Source: Octopus vulgaris (Eukaryota). Taken from it: a stretch of DNA of 64,000 nt. A program made the translations under genes and the position numbers. The DNA lies in assembly GCA_951406725.2 (NCBI GenBank), contig OX597817.1:57722001-57786000 (forward strand). The letters are read 5' to 3'. Shown one piece after another: positions 12,595 to 25,528 of the stretch. Numbering within the stretch: position 1 is the first letter of the stretch; every line of letters starts with the position of its first letter. The notes beneath the pieces were generated by a model. It had not been told where the DNA came from and did no database searches. It saw only the letters and a program-made list of their open reading frames with translations.

Positions 12595-13571
12595 TAGAAG
12601 ATAAACATTTAATCAAGATTCTACGAGCATAATTCTTCATCACATCGCTTCTCTCACTGTTCAATATCTATTACTGCTGCTGTTGTTGTTGTTGTTGTTC
12701 ATATGCCCACTGTTGCTGCTGATAGTAGTAGTAGTAGTAATAATAGTAGCAGTGGTAGTAATAGTAATAATAATAGTGGCGGCGGCGACGGTGGTGGTTG
12801 TAACAATGGCTGATGATGGTGGTGGTAGTGTTGGTTGTGAGCAATGGTGGTGGTGGTGGTGGTGGTGGTAGTGTTTATACCGATGTGCTACTACTGATGA
12901 GAACGAAGGGGGCGACGGTGTTGTTGGCGTATCTACCGTTATATTTGTATTACTTTTATTATCATTATTATTATTATCATTATCATTATCATTCGTAGTC
13001 GTAGTAGTAGTAGTGTCGTTTGTGTCAACGGAATACTACTCGTGGTGGTTGTTCTTCCAAACCTGTGGGGATCAGAATGGTTCTCACCCCTCCACCTCTC
13101 CACCGCCCCCATCCCGACCCGATGACAGGCACATCCACCACCACCACCACCACTGCCACCCACATCATCCTTCCCTCCTTTCGTCAATCACACACAAACA
13201 AACGCTGATGTCATGCACTATTTTAGTATCACATGTATGTGTGTGTGTGTGTGTGTGTAGAGTGAGAGAGAGGTGTGTGTATGCATATATAAATATGTAT
13301 ATATGTGTGCGTGTGTATATACGTTTGTGTGTATACATATGTGTATATGTATATGTGTGCGTGTATATATATATATATATATATATACCCACATACATAT
13401 GTGTGTCATCATCGTTTAACGTCCGCTTTCCATGCGAGCATGGGTTGGACGGTTCCACTGGGGTCTGGGAAGCCAGGAGGCTGCACCAGGCCCAGTCTGA
13501 TATTTACATATGTGTGTGTGTATTTATATACATACACATATATATACCTTATATATACACATATATACCTT

Positions 13572-13604
<33 letters not shown>

Positions 13605-13872
13605 CATAGGGAGAGAGAGAGAGAGTAATGTATGTGTGTATACACATACACATATATACACACTCATATATGTATACATATATGTATATACATGTGTTTA
13701 TGCTAAAACAGAATACAGGCGCACACGCGTGTGTATGTATTTGGGTGGGTGTTTATTTCTCTCTCTCTTGCTCTATCTCTTTATCATTCTCCTCGGTTAT
13801 CTCTTCTATTCTCTTTCATTCTCTCTCGCTTTCACACAAGCTATCTCACCACATCTCTCACAAACGTGTGTG

Positions 13873-13934
<62 letters not shown>

Positions 13935-14014
13935 GAAAAGGAACACACGAGTTGATATATATGAAAAAATAAGTCAAAATAGAAAATGCTAAAATTATTT
14001 TATAGTGAACATTT

Positions 14015-14052
14015 CAGTACCGGTTTCGGTCATTTTGAGACCTTTTCAACTG
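14015..14052 (-). ncRNA. Minimal type I hammerhead ribozyme motif (U3:A8 variant)
   Basis: CAG-TTGAAAA-GGTC(TCAAAAT)GACC-GAAA-CCGG-TA-CTG: helix I, core, helix II, GAAA, palindromic helix III, UH site. Confidence 0.65.
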
Positions 14053-14155
14053 TAACGTTTAAATAATTAAATTTAGAAAAATTAGAAGAAAAGTTTTTTT
14101 AAAGGAATATTTCTATAGTAGTGTAATTTTTCTAAATTTAATTATTTAATCGTTA

Positions 14156-14193
14156 CAGTTGAAAAGGTTTCAAAATGACCGAAACCGGTACTG
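14156..14193 (+). ncRNA. Minimal type I hammerhead ribozyme motif (U3:A8 variant), mirror copy
   Basis: CAG-TTGAAAA-GGTT(TCAAAAT)GACC-GAAA-CCGG-TA-CTG; helix II is kept through a U:G pair. Confidence 0.6.
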
Positions 14194-14245
14194 AAATGTT
14201 CACTATAAAATTATTTTAGCATTTTCTATTTTGACTTATTTTTTC

Positions 14246-14350
<105 letters not shown>

Positions 14351-14492
14351 CAAAATGGGACAAGAACGGAAAACATCCAGAAGACGATACAAAAACACGG
14401 ACGGGTCATTCGAGGCCTTTAATTTTCAGTCAAGAACCGGATCATCCTCGCAATTTCGGCTGATTTATTTATATATATATATACACACACAT

Positions 14493-14523
<31 letters not shown>

Positions 14524-15412
14524 CACACATATGCAAACACATGTATACATACATAGTGCACACACATGCACAAATACATATACACACAAATAGAGAGAGT
14601 GAGGGGTAGAGAGGTGGGAGGGAGATACTACTGCTGCTGTTCTTATCTAACCCCACGTGGGTCCTGATTGACCAGGTCAATAATCCAAGGCATTCTGTTC
14701 GCGATTATCTATTCTTTCCTCCGTCATTACAGACTGGGAAGATGCTAACATCGTCCTTTTGAAAACTGTTGAAGAGATTGCTATGAGAGACTAGGCTGCT
14801 ATTTCCAACAGGTAGAGCGACCACGTACAAGCAATCAACGATAACCGGTGTAACATCATCTCAGTTAACTAATGAATCGACAAAGATGATGCCTTAGAAA
14901 GAATCAACCTCGGATGCATTAAATTGATCGAGTCAGTCTCTAAAAGGGGCAAAAAGGATTTTTGTAGTGTAGTTTATATAGGAGGGAATTAGATGAGATG
15001 TATTTTAGGGTTGTATCAGGGCAGGGTATGACTGGGGAACTCTTGTTAATAAGACAAGTTAATCTGGAGAGTAAGCCGTTGTACCAAGTATATATTGGCG
15101 TGGAGGGCGTCTTCGGCAGGGTACCCCGACGCTCTGTAACCATTTATGATGTCTGAGGTTTTGGTGTGGTTAAATGCTGATGCATGGTTGGTAACTGTGT
15201 GGCGGCGGCGGTGGGAGGCCGAAGATGTGAGGTCTATCTGATGGCCGTTATAAAGAAGTGATGACAAGAATGGTTTGCGAGATCCAAGTACAGAATTGCT
15301 GACTGAAAGTACGTGATAAGCAGCAGTGAGTTGTCAGAGTCTGTACCATCCGAGATAACCCTTCAGTTTGCCACCCCTTCGCCGGATTTCCACAAGCCTA
15401 GACAGACATATA

Positions 15413-15645
15413 TATTTCTTTATTGCCCACAAGGAGCTAAACACAGAGGGGACAAACAAGGACAGAGACACGGATTAAGTCGATTACATCGACCCCAGTG
15501 CGTAACTGGTACTTTATTTATCGACCCCGAAAGGATGAAAGGCAAAGTCGACCTCGGCGGAATTTGAACTCAGAACGTAGTGGCAGACGAAATACCGCTA
15601 AGCATTTCGCCCGGCGCGCTAGCGTCTCTGCCAGCTCGCCGCCTT
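15413..15645 (-). mobile_element. Full-length young tRNA-derived SINE (Meta-domain-like core)
   Basis: Head AAGGCGGCGAGCTGGCAG, B box GAGTTCAAATTCC, tail AATAAAGAAATA; 15-bp TSD CTA(G/T)ACAGACATATA. Confidence 0.92.
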
Positions 15646-17019
15646 CTATACAGACATATAAAGCCCTACTGGTTAGCAGCCTAAACATCACAGATGAAAC
15701 AACTAAAGAGTTAGTGGAAAAGTTCCAAGCATGACTAACATAGTAAAGACAAGGTTTCAGTTACTAGGAAGACAAAATCCTGTTTAAGACTGAACTCTAT
15801 CAGGTAGTGAGGTCTTGGTACAGGAGTTTCAGGATTTTGAGGGGTACCTCTTGGGTACTATTGTTTCCATGTTTATTCTGACCCAGACTAGTAGCATTTG
15901 TTAAGATCTCAGCTATGGGTTAACTAGAAAGTGTATCGTCCGCTTTAAATCCAGGTTACGTCTGCTCCGATATCAGTGGTGTCTTGATCAGCGAATTCTT
16001 TTCCGTGGTCGGCAATCAACGACAAAATGAGCTGCTGTGGATATCACTATCCCAAAGTGTGTATGCATGCGACCGGGAGCATGTAAACTTGTATTCCCAC
16101 TAAAACACTGAACACGAACTCTACACCTCAACAACAAATGACAGCTACGGTGTCCGCGTTATCCGACGCGCTTGCCTCCCCAGTGAAGCATTTGTCAAAG
16201 TTGCAAGCTGGATTTTGGGGCCGCAGGCAGAAGCATTACTTTGCCTGCAGAAACGTTAGTGCCGTCCGTCGAATGTGGTCAGCATTCGTGAGGGACGTAG
16301 TGAACTCGTCGGTCGGAGCCAGCTAAAACCCACCCCGGGTGAATGCCGCCGTGTGTACACCTATTACCACCTAAAATGTGATAATATTCGAAATAAAAAA
16401 TGTGTTTATAGGATCTCGGTTACGTATACTGAATGCAAAAATATGGGTGCGTATAGAACAACTGGAACTCATATTGGGCTGAAAGAAGAAGTTATATATG
16501 TAATTGATATAAAACGAGATACAATTATAAGTTGTAAAGACAACACCAAAGATATTACTTTTTCAGCTACCCAAGAGGATTGGTAAAAACAGTATACTTT
16601 TTTAAGGGTGCAGCGAGTTGGCCGGGTGGTTAAAGCTTTGAACAAAATATCTTGTAATATTTGTTCTGATTATCTGTTTTGTGTTCAAATCCCGACGTGG
16701 CCAACTTTGCTTTTCGTTCTTTCGGGGTCAATTAAAAAAGCACCAACCCATGGCGTCGGATTGGTGGAAATATTTGAGGGCAGGATCCGATTCTTCGTCC
16801 CTTTGCATTATGATAGCAACACGTGTAACGACAGAGGGGTTAAGCTGCATCAACTTTAAAAGCGGCAGCCTTTCCCTTGGACGATGGTGTGACGAAAGGA
16901 GGCTTGCACGCCTAGGCAACTGTCAGTCTTCCACAAAGAGAAAGTTTGGCCAAGCCTGCGAATACACTGACTGAAGAAATTGTTAGGTTCGCAGCCATCG
17001 CCGATTCGTCATGATGGGT

Positions 17020-17600
17020 GAAGTTAATAGGAATTAATGAACAGCTGAACGTTTTTGATTACAGGAGAAAAAAAGGTATTGGCGGAATGAAGGGGAATCG
17101 CGGAAGGTCGACATTCGAGAAAGGACAGATCAGGGCCCGAGTTACGGAGACAATATGAATAACCAGATGAGAACTGAGGGAGTTGAGGGTAGGTGAGGCA
17201 CAAGATTAGCCTGCTTCCAGAAAGGTCGTTATTCTAATGATAGCAGAGAGAGAGAGAGAGAGAGAGAGAGAGTGTGTGTGTGTGGTGACAGCATGTCTGT
17301 GGATGAAACTGAAAGCTTATCGGTGTGAGACTTCACACTAATCAGTTAGGTGATTTATTCTTTGGACGAGGTCTACGATGTTTGCGTTTGGCAACGGTCG
17401 CATTTCAAATGTGAGGTCAGTGGCCTGTTGTGGACCCCAGCTGGTATTTGTAGAGTTTTAGTAATTGTTAGAGGCTGAAGTGTTTTCAAACCTTGAAGAG
17501 TGAGATCCGTCTTTTGTGATGTAGTCTCTGTTGCGCGGAGGATGTGTGTTCCCCAGGAGAGATCTTCAATAATCACGAGACTTAGCATCTGCGGCTAAGT
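17020..17600 (-). mobile_element. Decayed CR1-type LINE RT C-terminal region
   Basis: LSLVIIEDLSWGTHILRATETTSQK resembles the CR1/L2 LG..DLSW..HI..A..ASQK motif; frameshifts and stops present. Confidence 0.6.
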
Positions 17601-17889
17601 TGAAGGTTCGAGTGATGGGCTGATCAATTTCTTTCTTTTTGTTTTTGTGGGACGAAGAGAGGAGGTAGCTTATTACTTTCGAAAAATGAACAAAAATGAA
17701 TTTTAGTCAGTAGTAATTTGCCGAATTGTAAGAAAAGAACTCAAGGAAATAACTGCACTAGTGGCTTGAAAGGTTAATGCTGTTCCTCGCCAGAACTGAT
17801 CTTCATCTGAGATTTGAACCATTTCTTTATTCCACCAGCCAGACGTTAATCATAGCCGTAATGGCTCCTACACACACACACATATATAC

Positions 17890-18250
17890 ACTTAATCATA
17901 TCATGTAAGCTTTTGGATAATTTTCGAATTTTATAAGTTGGCATTTTTTTTATTGCCGACGAGGAGCTGCGTCTGCGCAGGATGTATAAACAAGAGGCAT
18001 ATAATTGATTGCCTCGTGTTTTATATATTTAATCTAAGGTGTACCTGTTGACGACGATTTCACCAAGCTAAACTAAAATCAGAAACCAATTGCTCCAGGA
18101 AACTAGATGGTAAAGGTTTTTATTTTTTCATTTCGTTCCTTTCGGGATTTTATCCCTAATTTTGTGGTTATGGAACCTAGCTGTTCTTTCTAGCGTGATG
18201 AATCCCACGAGTGGATTCCTTATGTGTTTAAACGTACACTATATTATATA
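17890..18250 (+). mobile_element. Probable Penelope-like terminal-repeat relic with degenerate hammerhead-like motif
   Basis: Bounded by TA/CA tracts; CCGACGA-GGAGC...GCTCC-AG-GAAA-CTAG. Confidence 0.4.
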
Positions 18251-18279
18251 TATATATATTTTTTTATTATTTATAGATC

Positions 18280-19760
18280 TACGGATAGTTCGTTTACGCT
18301 CAGGAAGAGACTGGATGACTACTGGGAAAGTCCAGTTGGCTCGTTGATGAATAAGGAGGGCCCTTATTTATGCCTATGAACTTTTTAACCGACCCTCACA
18401 TATATATATATATATGTATGTGTGTGTGGTGGTGGGTTCAAAGCCACCACTTTTTCCTTCGTGTTCTAGTGCTAAGTATCTCTTCTCTTCTTTGTTGGTT
18501 TTCCGTGATATTTCTGAATTGCTAAGACCGATCCTTCCACAGGTCATGCGACCATACGAAAAATACTGGACAGAGGCGGATATGGCCGTAATAGATGGAA
18601 ATTTTCGTCTTTGTCCACTTGACTTCAGTGGCGTTGTTTTTAAAACCAGTTTTACGACAATCGTGATGGTTTGACGCCAGAGTTTGAGATCTGCTGTTTG
18701 TTCTTCTCATGTTTTAAGGTTGATATTGAGCTCCCTTTACAGTCAGCTCGAGTTGATCCCTGTAATACTGCAGAGGGCATCCAGAATGACTTTTGCCCAA
18801 GATTAGTTCGCTGAAACGAATCTAGAAGGGAAATTTGGGAGTTCTCTTACTGCATAAATGGCCCGTCTCTCTGAACAGATGTGTGATAATTGTGGTTTTG
18901 ATACAGTCGCGTATTAAATTAATCTTTCTATATCATATTTATGACTGGTCACAGCTTTTGCTGGTCAAAGCGCTGAAGTTTCTTGATGTCTCGACAATTC
19001 AGGTGCCATGTTTCGTATTGTGTGATTGAAACAACATAGCTAATAACATCAGGAGTTTGTTGTTTTAAGTTTCATGAAATCGTGAAGGGATTGTCTTCTA
19101 AAAGCAACATAACCAGCACGAATTTTGTTTTCTACATCATTCTTGGTGTTGCACAGCTTTGAGGGGAGCTCTCCAAAGTAAAGGAAATGATCCATCTGTT
19201 CCAGAAAAAGGCACAAAACAGTGATGTTGAAATTTGGAAGATTTGACTTGGCAGTAGTTTGAGTGAGTGATGATGGTCAGACAAAACGATCATATCGTTT
19301 ATGGGGAGATGATGTTAACTGACCTTATGCATCTCCTGATTATGTTTGGGCTACGGACTGTTGTCTGCGTTCTGAGTTTCATGATCCATTGGCCTGTCTT
19401 TGTAAGTGAAGTTTGGACAGGTTAAGCAATCCTCCATTGAAAATGATATTCTGCAATCAGCTAGAGGAAAGAGTCAAAACCCTCTTTTTCTTTAGGGTTC
19501 TGCGACCTGGAAAAGGACTTCGACAATGTGCTGGGATGTATCATATTGATGGTTCTAAAACGCTTTGGCTGCGATTACCGATCTGTAAAACTTGTCCAAA
19601 CATCCAGGATGATGTATTAAGAAATTGTATTTGCGTGGTCCGCCACTCCTGTGAGAGTGGCACTTTGGGGCTTGCTGAATAAGCCGGGTTGGGGTGGAAA
19701 ACTCAAGAGTGGCCTAGGCAGCATACACTCTAGCTGTACCACTAACCAGATGCTTCCTTA
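18280..19760 (-). mobile_element. Highly decayed RTE LINE fragments
   Basis: LEQMDHFLYFGEL..NDVENKIRAGYVAFRR (RT domain end) near 19100-19200; APE-start-like remnants at 19450-19650. Confidence 0.6.
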
Positions 19761-19980
19761 ACATCAATTCCGCAAGAAATATACAAGAAGTCATGAATGG
19801 ATAGCTGATAAGGTAGAGTTTGTAAATCTACTCCCGTGAATAAACAGCTTTGTTATCACTTATCATTGGAATGACAAAGTTAGGGAGTAGCTGGAATTTT
19901 ACAAAGGAACGAATTTAAATAAATGCGCAAACACGCACGCACATTTAACTATGATAAATGCGAGTGCATGTGGTTATGTA

Positions 19981-20449
19981 CCGTAAATCCTCGAGTATAA
20001 TCCGCATTTTTCCCCCAAAATTTAATGGTCAAAATCCCTAGTGCGTACTATATATGAGGTTAAAAATGAAAATTATTTTCTAAGCAATGTCCGAGTCTCT
20101 ATTTGCTGTTCGGCAATGTTTATTCAGATGTATTTTGTGATGTCGGTGGCGAAAATACCTTAAGCTAAGCCCGAAAGCAATGAATTCATAAAAGAATTAT
20201 CCATAACTTGCAGTAAGCAACATTTATTAAACATTATTACTGTTATTTCTTTATTTTCTGCAAACAAAATGTACAAAAATGCTACACGTTTGCATTGTTA
20301 TATATACAATAATAATAAAGGATGTTACCGTATACATTTTTACAAACCAAGGACGTTAGAGAAGGAGTGCGTATTATACACAAGGTTTAAGTTTTTCAGA
20401 GGTACAGCCTCCTAAAAATCCCCTGCGTATTATACTCGAGGATTTACGG
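19981..20449. mobile_element. Tc1/pogo-type MITE
   Basis: TIR CCGTAAATCCTCGAGTATAAT / ATTATACTCGAGGATTTACGG with TA on both sides. Confidence 0.92.
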
Positions 20450-20794
20450 TATGCATATTTAGCCCCAAAAGGCTCTGAAATGGTGCATCATCGAGAAAAA
20501 CAAATTTGATTTTCGAATTCCACAATGTCGTTCGTAAAGAATAAAAAATAATTTTCTTCGAGAAATAACTCGACTTTTGGATCGACAACTCTCCCACATT
20601 TTATCGCCATCAAATTAATCTCGCCCTCTCCCTCTGCTTACCATATTATTTGATGCTCACCCTCTTTGCGTATGTATTAACTCTCACCTATTGCTTTCCT
20701 TTTGTTTAAACACCTCGCCTCATGATGTTTACTTTCACTTCATCACAGCCATCACGGACGAAAATCCAGTTTTCTCTTTTGTCTCTATATATAT

Positions 20795-20940
20795 ACACTT
20801 TATTTAAAAGCAGCAGAAATATAACAAAAGCTGTTACTCGGAGTTTCACTTTTAAATAAAGCATATTACTCTACCTCTGGTATTTGAGTACTCTTTTTTC
20901 CACCTTGTTTCACTTTTATGTGTTTACTCTGGTATATTGA
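20795..20940. mobile_element. Short Penelope-like relic with partial inversion
   Basis: CTTTATTTAAAAG / CTTTTAAATAAAG inverted pair and 3' half of a hammerhead (minus strand GTGAAACTCCGAGTAACAG), within (TA)n. Confidence 0.45.
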
Positions 20941-22093
20941 TATATATATATAGCAAAAATTTAGATTCAGATGAATTAGGTGTGTGTGTGTCATTTGGGC
21001 GACAGTTATTTCAAAACGGTATGTAAAAGATTATTGTAACAGTATGCTCTCTCTCTCCCTCTCTCTCACGCTCGCTCGCACACACGGACTCGCTTGATGC
21101 AAGATGAGGGTTAAAGATTCAAAGAACAAATTTCTTTCTTGTAGTTACTTCTTCTCAGCAATGGACCACTGCCTCATCGTTCCATAAAATGTGTTTCTGG
21201 GAAGGAAAATACTGAAAACCAGAGTGACTAAGAACCGAGGAATGCACCAAGTATTCTTCGGACGTGCTAGAAACACCAGCTAAACTTCTCTTAAGTCACA
21301 CACCTTTTCATCTGAAAATCATTTTGAAATTATAAACAGAGACAAATTGCAGATTCCCAAAAAAAAAAAAGGAGAGATTTGAGGAATTATGGTGGTGTGT
21401 GGGTGCATTATCGTAGATAGAGTGTGTACTGCCCGCGGCAGCCCTTCCGTTTGCTGCCCCGGACCCCACAAAATCCACATATTGCCTACAGCAATAATAA
21501 CCTATAAGAGAATGAAAAGTGCCGTTCCTTTAAAAGTGCTGCCCTGGATGGACCAACCCTACTGCCCCCCCCTAGCTACAGTAGTGTGTGGGGGTGTTAA
21601 TGGAGAAATTTTTTAAAATTCCAATCGTTTTAAAATTATGTTTCGTTTTCTGTTTGAAAATAAAGGAAATGGGAATTGTAATGGTGATCATAGATTTCCA
21701 AAGAAAACTTTAACCTTCAAATCTTTTTTGTGCATGATGGCAAAAAAAAAAAAAAAAGAAGCTAAAATCGAAAGTGGGGGAGGACGGGGGTTGAAAAAAT
21801 TCATAAATTTTTAATTTATATTTTAAACCCAAGAAAGTATCCCTCATTGTTTTTAAGTGCATAGTGAAAAAAAGAAAAAAAAAAATTGGTCCAGAAGGAT
21901 AAATTTTTTTATCAACAGCTAAAAGCTTCCTCCCACCCCACCATCATTTGCAAGGATGTGGTGAAACACAAATTCTGAAAATCCCTGTCAAAATGGAGAA
22001 AAACCAACTTAAGTGGGTGTGCTATTCCAAAAGTTCAAAGTATTTCTATTGTGAAAAGTTACCAGGCAACAGCAGAATACTCAGCTAAGATAC

Positions 22094-22094
<1 letters not shown>

Positions 22095-22126
<32 letters not shown>

Positions 22127-22270
22127 TGTATGTATGTATGTGTGTGTGTATGTGTGTGTGTGTATGTGTGTGTGTGTATGTGTGTGTGTGTATGTGTGTG
22201 TGTATGTGTGTATGTATGTGTGTATGTATGTGTGTGTGTATGTGTGTGTGTGTGTGCGTGCGTGTGCGCA
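22095..22270. repeat. (TATG)n/(TG)n microsatellite
   Basis: Visible directly. Confidence 0.95.
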
Positions 22271-22276
22271 TACATA

Positions 22277-22530
22277 TTGGGTTGGTACATAATTATTGCG
22301 GCTTTTTGTTCAACAAATTTTATTCAACGAAAACAATAACAACATGTAACAAAAACATCTTTAAATGATTATTCCGGAGCATATTCACCATCTACTTCAA
22401 TTACTGCTTCCCTTTTGCTTGGCAGACGGTCAGACCATCATTTAAAGAGGCTTTTGTTAAATATTGTTATTGTTAAATAAAATGTTGAAAAAAAAAAAAA
22501 AAAAGCCGCAATAATTATGCAATAGTCCAA
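22277..22530 (-). mobile_element. Mariner deletion derivative (MITE)
   Basis: TIRs TTGGGTTGGTACATAATTATTGCGGCTTTT / AAAAGCCGCAATAATTATGCAATAGTCCAA, TA flanks; minus strand reads LPSKREAVIEVDGEYAPE* (transposase end). Confidence 0.88.
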
Positions 22531-23272
22531 TACATACAATCTATAAGTGGAACAGTAGAATTATGCAAGAATTTTCTCAAGCATCAAATGTGACATTGTT
22601 TTTACCAACATTCCAACTTTGGAGCTTTGTATCTTTGTTAGAAACCAGCCTCTTCTTCAGGGGAAGAATTTAGATAATTAAAAACAGAAGAGCACACACA
22701 CACATACATACACACACACACACGCACACACATACACAAACACACGCACACACACACACACATGCAGGCAGCAACAAGGCAGAGTGCTCTGGCCTCCTGT
22801 GTTCTGATTTCAAATCCTTCTCCTTCTCATCATCCTCATCTTTTAGCGTCTGCTTTCCCTGCTGGCATGGTTTGGATAGTTTGACTGAGGGCTGACAAGC
22901 CAGGAGGCTGCACCGGGCTCCAATCTGATCTGGCAAGGTTTCTACAGCTGGATGCCCTTCCTAACACCAATCACTCCAAGAGCATAGAGGGTGCTTTTTA
23001 CGTGCCACCCAAGAAAAATGTATCATATATTTATTTGGCCAGTAAAATAAATACAATTCTAGTAATGGGGCTGATTATCCTCTCCATCTCTTTTCCTCCC
23101 TCTTTCTTCCCAACTAAATCAGCCACATTTACATCCTGGACGTGGCTGGGCTCTTCCCAAGACATGTATACCATAACACCTCTATGATTATCTCAGGAAT
23201 TAAGAGACCTCATACAACTGACACCACATTTATACACACAACAGAAATATTTATTTAGATATATATTCATAT

Positions 23273-24374
23273 TGTTACACCGCCACTCAGGGCCCACAGC
23301 CTTACGATACCACCACGGGCCCTAAGTCGCGACGATGACGCTCAGCAAACCGGAAATCCACCACGGAAAGGGGGAGAGGCGGCGAACGCAGCCAGGAACC
23401 AACACAAAGACAACAAAAGAAAGAGACACAGCGGAAGTTGCGTAATTTAGCAATTTTTTTTTTCAAAACAAAATCAAAGAATTCCAAAACAAAGGTTGAT
23501 AAATCATGTACAGAGTTCGAAGAACAATCATTTGCATTTAAACATAATACAGAGTTCGTAAAACAAATCATTTAACATTTGACACAATACTGTTCGATTT
23601 TCTTTTCCAAGACACATCATTTTACATTTAACACAAAGTTCACAATCAAAAAGATTCCTTCTCCTTTTTAAAACACTTCCAAGTTCTTTTTTTTTTCTTC
23701 CTTTTCTTTTCTTTTAAAAACAGCCAACAACACGCTCTTTTTTTCCAACGATTTCGTCAGAGCCTCTCTCTTTTTTTTTCCATTTCAACAACACATCGTC
23801 TCTATTTGAACATCGAAATTCAAAACACAAATAAAAATATTACCGCATGTTCCACGCCTACAACACTCCCTGAACATCACAAAACTCCCACTATAACAGC
23901 TTGCCTGCCGCTGTCTGTCAGTCTCTGTCATCTTTTCAGCCTCTCGTACTGTCTCTTGTCCACTCACTGTCTGTATCTCTCTAGACCCTGACTGTCATCT
24001 TTGTGGTTGCCTCTCACCGACTCCCACCATCTCTAACTCACTCCCTTGTCCGCTCCGCTCACACTGACCCTCTCACGGTTTCTCGCTGACTGACCCACTA
24101 ACTTAATGCTAGCCGTATTTATAACGGGTAGCAGCTAGAAGAAGAGAAATATCGATGACAGCAGTGTGTAGATCCCTCCCCAACATTTAAAAAAAAAAAC
24201 TTTCCGTGACCGTGTGAGGGCCGTAGATCACTGTCTAGGACCATTGATAATCGTGGTATTTGACAGGACAAAGGAAATACCATTGTCCTGAACAACTGGA
24301 GCGCCGGTTCGATTCCAACTAATGGAACAAGGGGCATAGTGTTTTTTTGTTCGTTTACTTTTCCTTGCCTCCAT

Positions 24375-24378
<4 letters not shown>
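23273..24378 (-). mobile_element. Probable solo LTR (~1.1 kb)
   Basis: TGTTA...TAACA termini, ATAT on both flanks, minus-strand TATAAATA at 24116-24123, CpG-rich relative to flanks. Confidence 0.55.
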
Positions 24379-24422
<44 letters not shown>

Positions 24423-24517
24423 CTACTACAAAATTTACACATATACATACAATATAATACACTCAGCTGCACATACACACACATTTAAATATATGAATTT
24501 AAATGCATAATTATACA

Positions 24518-24765
24518 TATCATCATCATCATTGTTTAACATCCGTTTTCCATGCTAGCATGGGTTGGACAGTTCGACTGGGTCTGGGAAGCCAGGAGGC
24601 TGCACCAGGCTCCAGTCTGATCTGGCAGTGTTTCTACAGCTGGATGCCTTTCCTAATGCCAACCACTCCGTGAGTGTAGTGGGTGCTTTTTACGTGCCAC
24701 CGGCACAGGTGCCAGGGGAGGCTGGCAACGGCCACGATTGGTTGGTGCTTTTTACATGCCAGCAG
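24518..24765 (-). mobile_element. RTE-type 3' tail
   Basis: (CAT)n followed by the reverse complement of the conserved tail. Confidence 0.85.
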
Positions 24766-24980
24766 CACAATACATATTTAAATATATACACATTAAATAT
24801 ATATATATATAATATATAATTTATAAATGTAAATGCATAAATATATACACATTATTCTATGACCAGATTATACACTTACATCCATGCATCTGTAATATTC
24901 ATGTAAATACATGCATATTCAAACACATGCAATATTCTATCCAAAGGCACACACAAATAAATAAACTTAGAAGCACACAC

Positions 24981-25420
24981 ATCATCATCATTGTTTAACA
25001 TCCGTTTTCCATGCTAGCATGGGTTGGACGGTTTGACCAGGGCTGGCACGTTGGAAGGCTGTGCTAGGCTCCAGTCTGATTTGGCTTGCTTTCTACAGCT
25101 GGATGCCCTTCCTAATGCCAACCACTCTGAGAGTGTAATGGGTGGGTGCCTTTACATGCCACCGGCACAGGTGCCATTTGCTCGAAACTGGAGTGTGCTT
25201 ACATGCCACTAGCACAGGTTCCATTTGTGTGACACCAGGGTACATTTACATACCACACTGGCATGGGTGCCAATTTGCATGACACCAGGGTACGTTTACA
25301 TACAACTGGCATGGGTGCCAATTGATGACACCAGGGTGTGTTTAAACTGGCATGGTGCCATCATGAAACCGGTATCTGCCACGACTGTGATTTTGCTCGG
25401 CTTGATGAGTCTTCTCACAA
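24981..25420 (-). mobile_element. RTE-type 3' tail with internal ~45-bp tandem units
   Basis: Conserved tail plus repeated GACACCAGGGTAC..CTGGCATGGGTGCCA. Confidence 0.8.
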
Positions 25421-25425
25421 TATTT

Positions 25426-25528
25426 TTAATTAAGACAATAACAACAATATTTATTAATTACAATAATAACAGGTGAATATAAACTAAGGTGTTGTATGTC
25501 TTGTGGGGCCAGAACTACAGGTGGAATT
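25426..25528 (-). CDS. Candidate terminal exon of a small spliced gene (may be non-coding)
   Basis: Strong acceptor (long pyrimidine tract + TTTGTAG); AATAAA at 25450-25455; frame continues to TAA at 25426. Confidence 0.35.
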
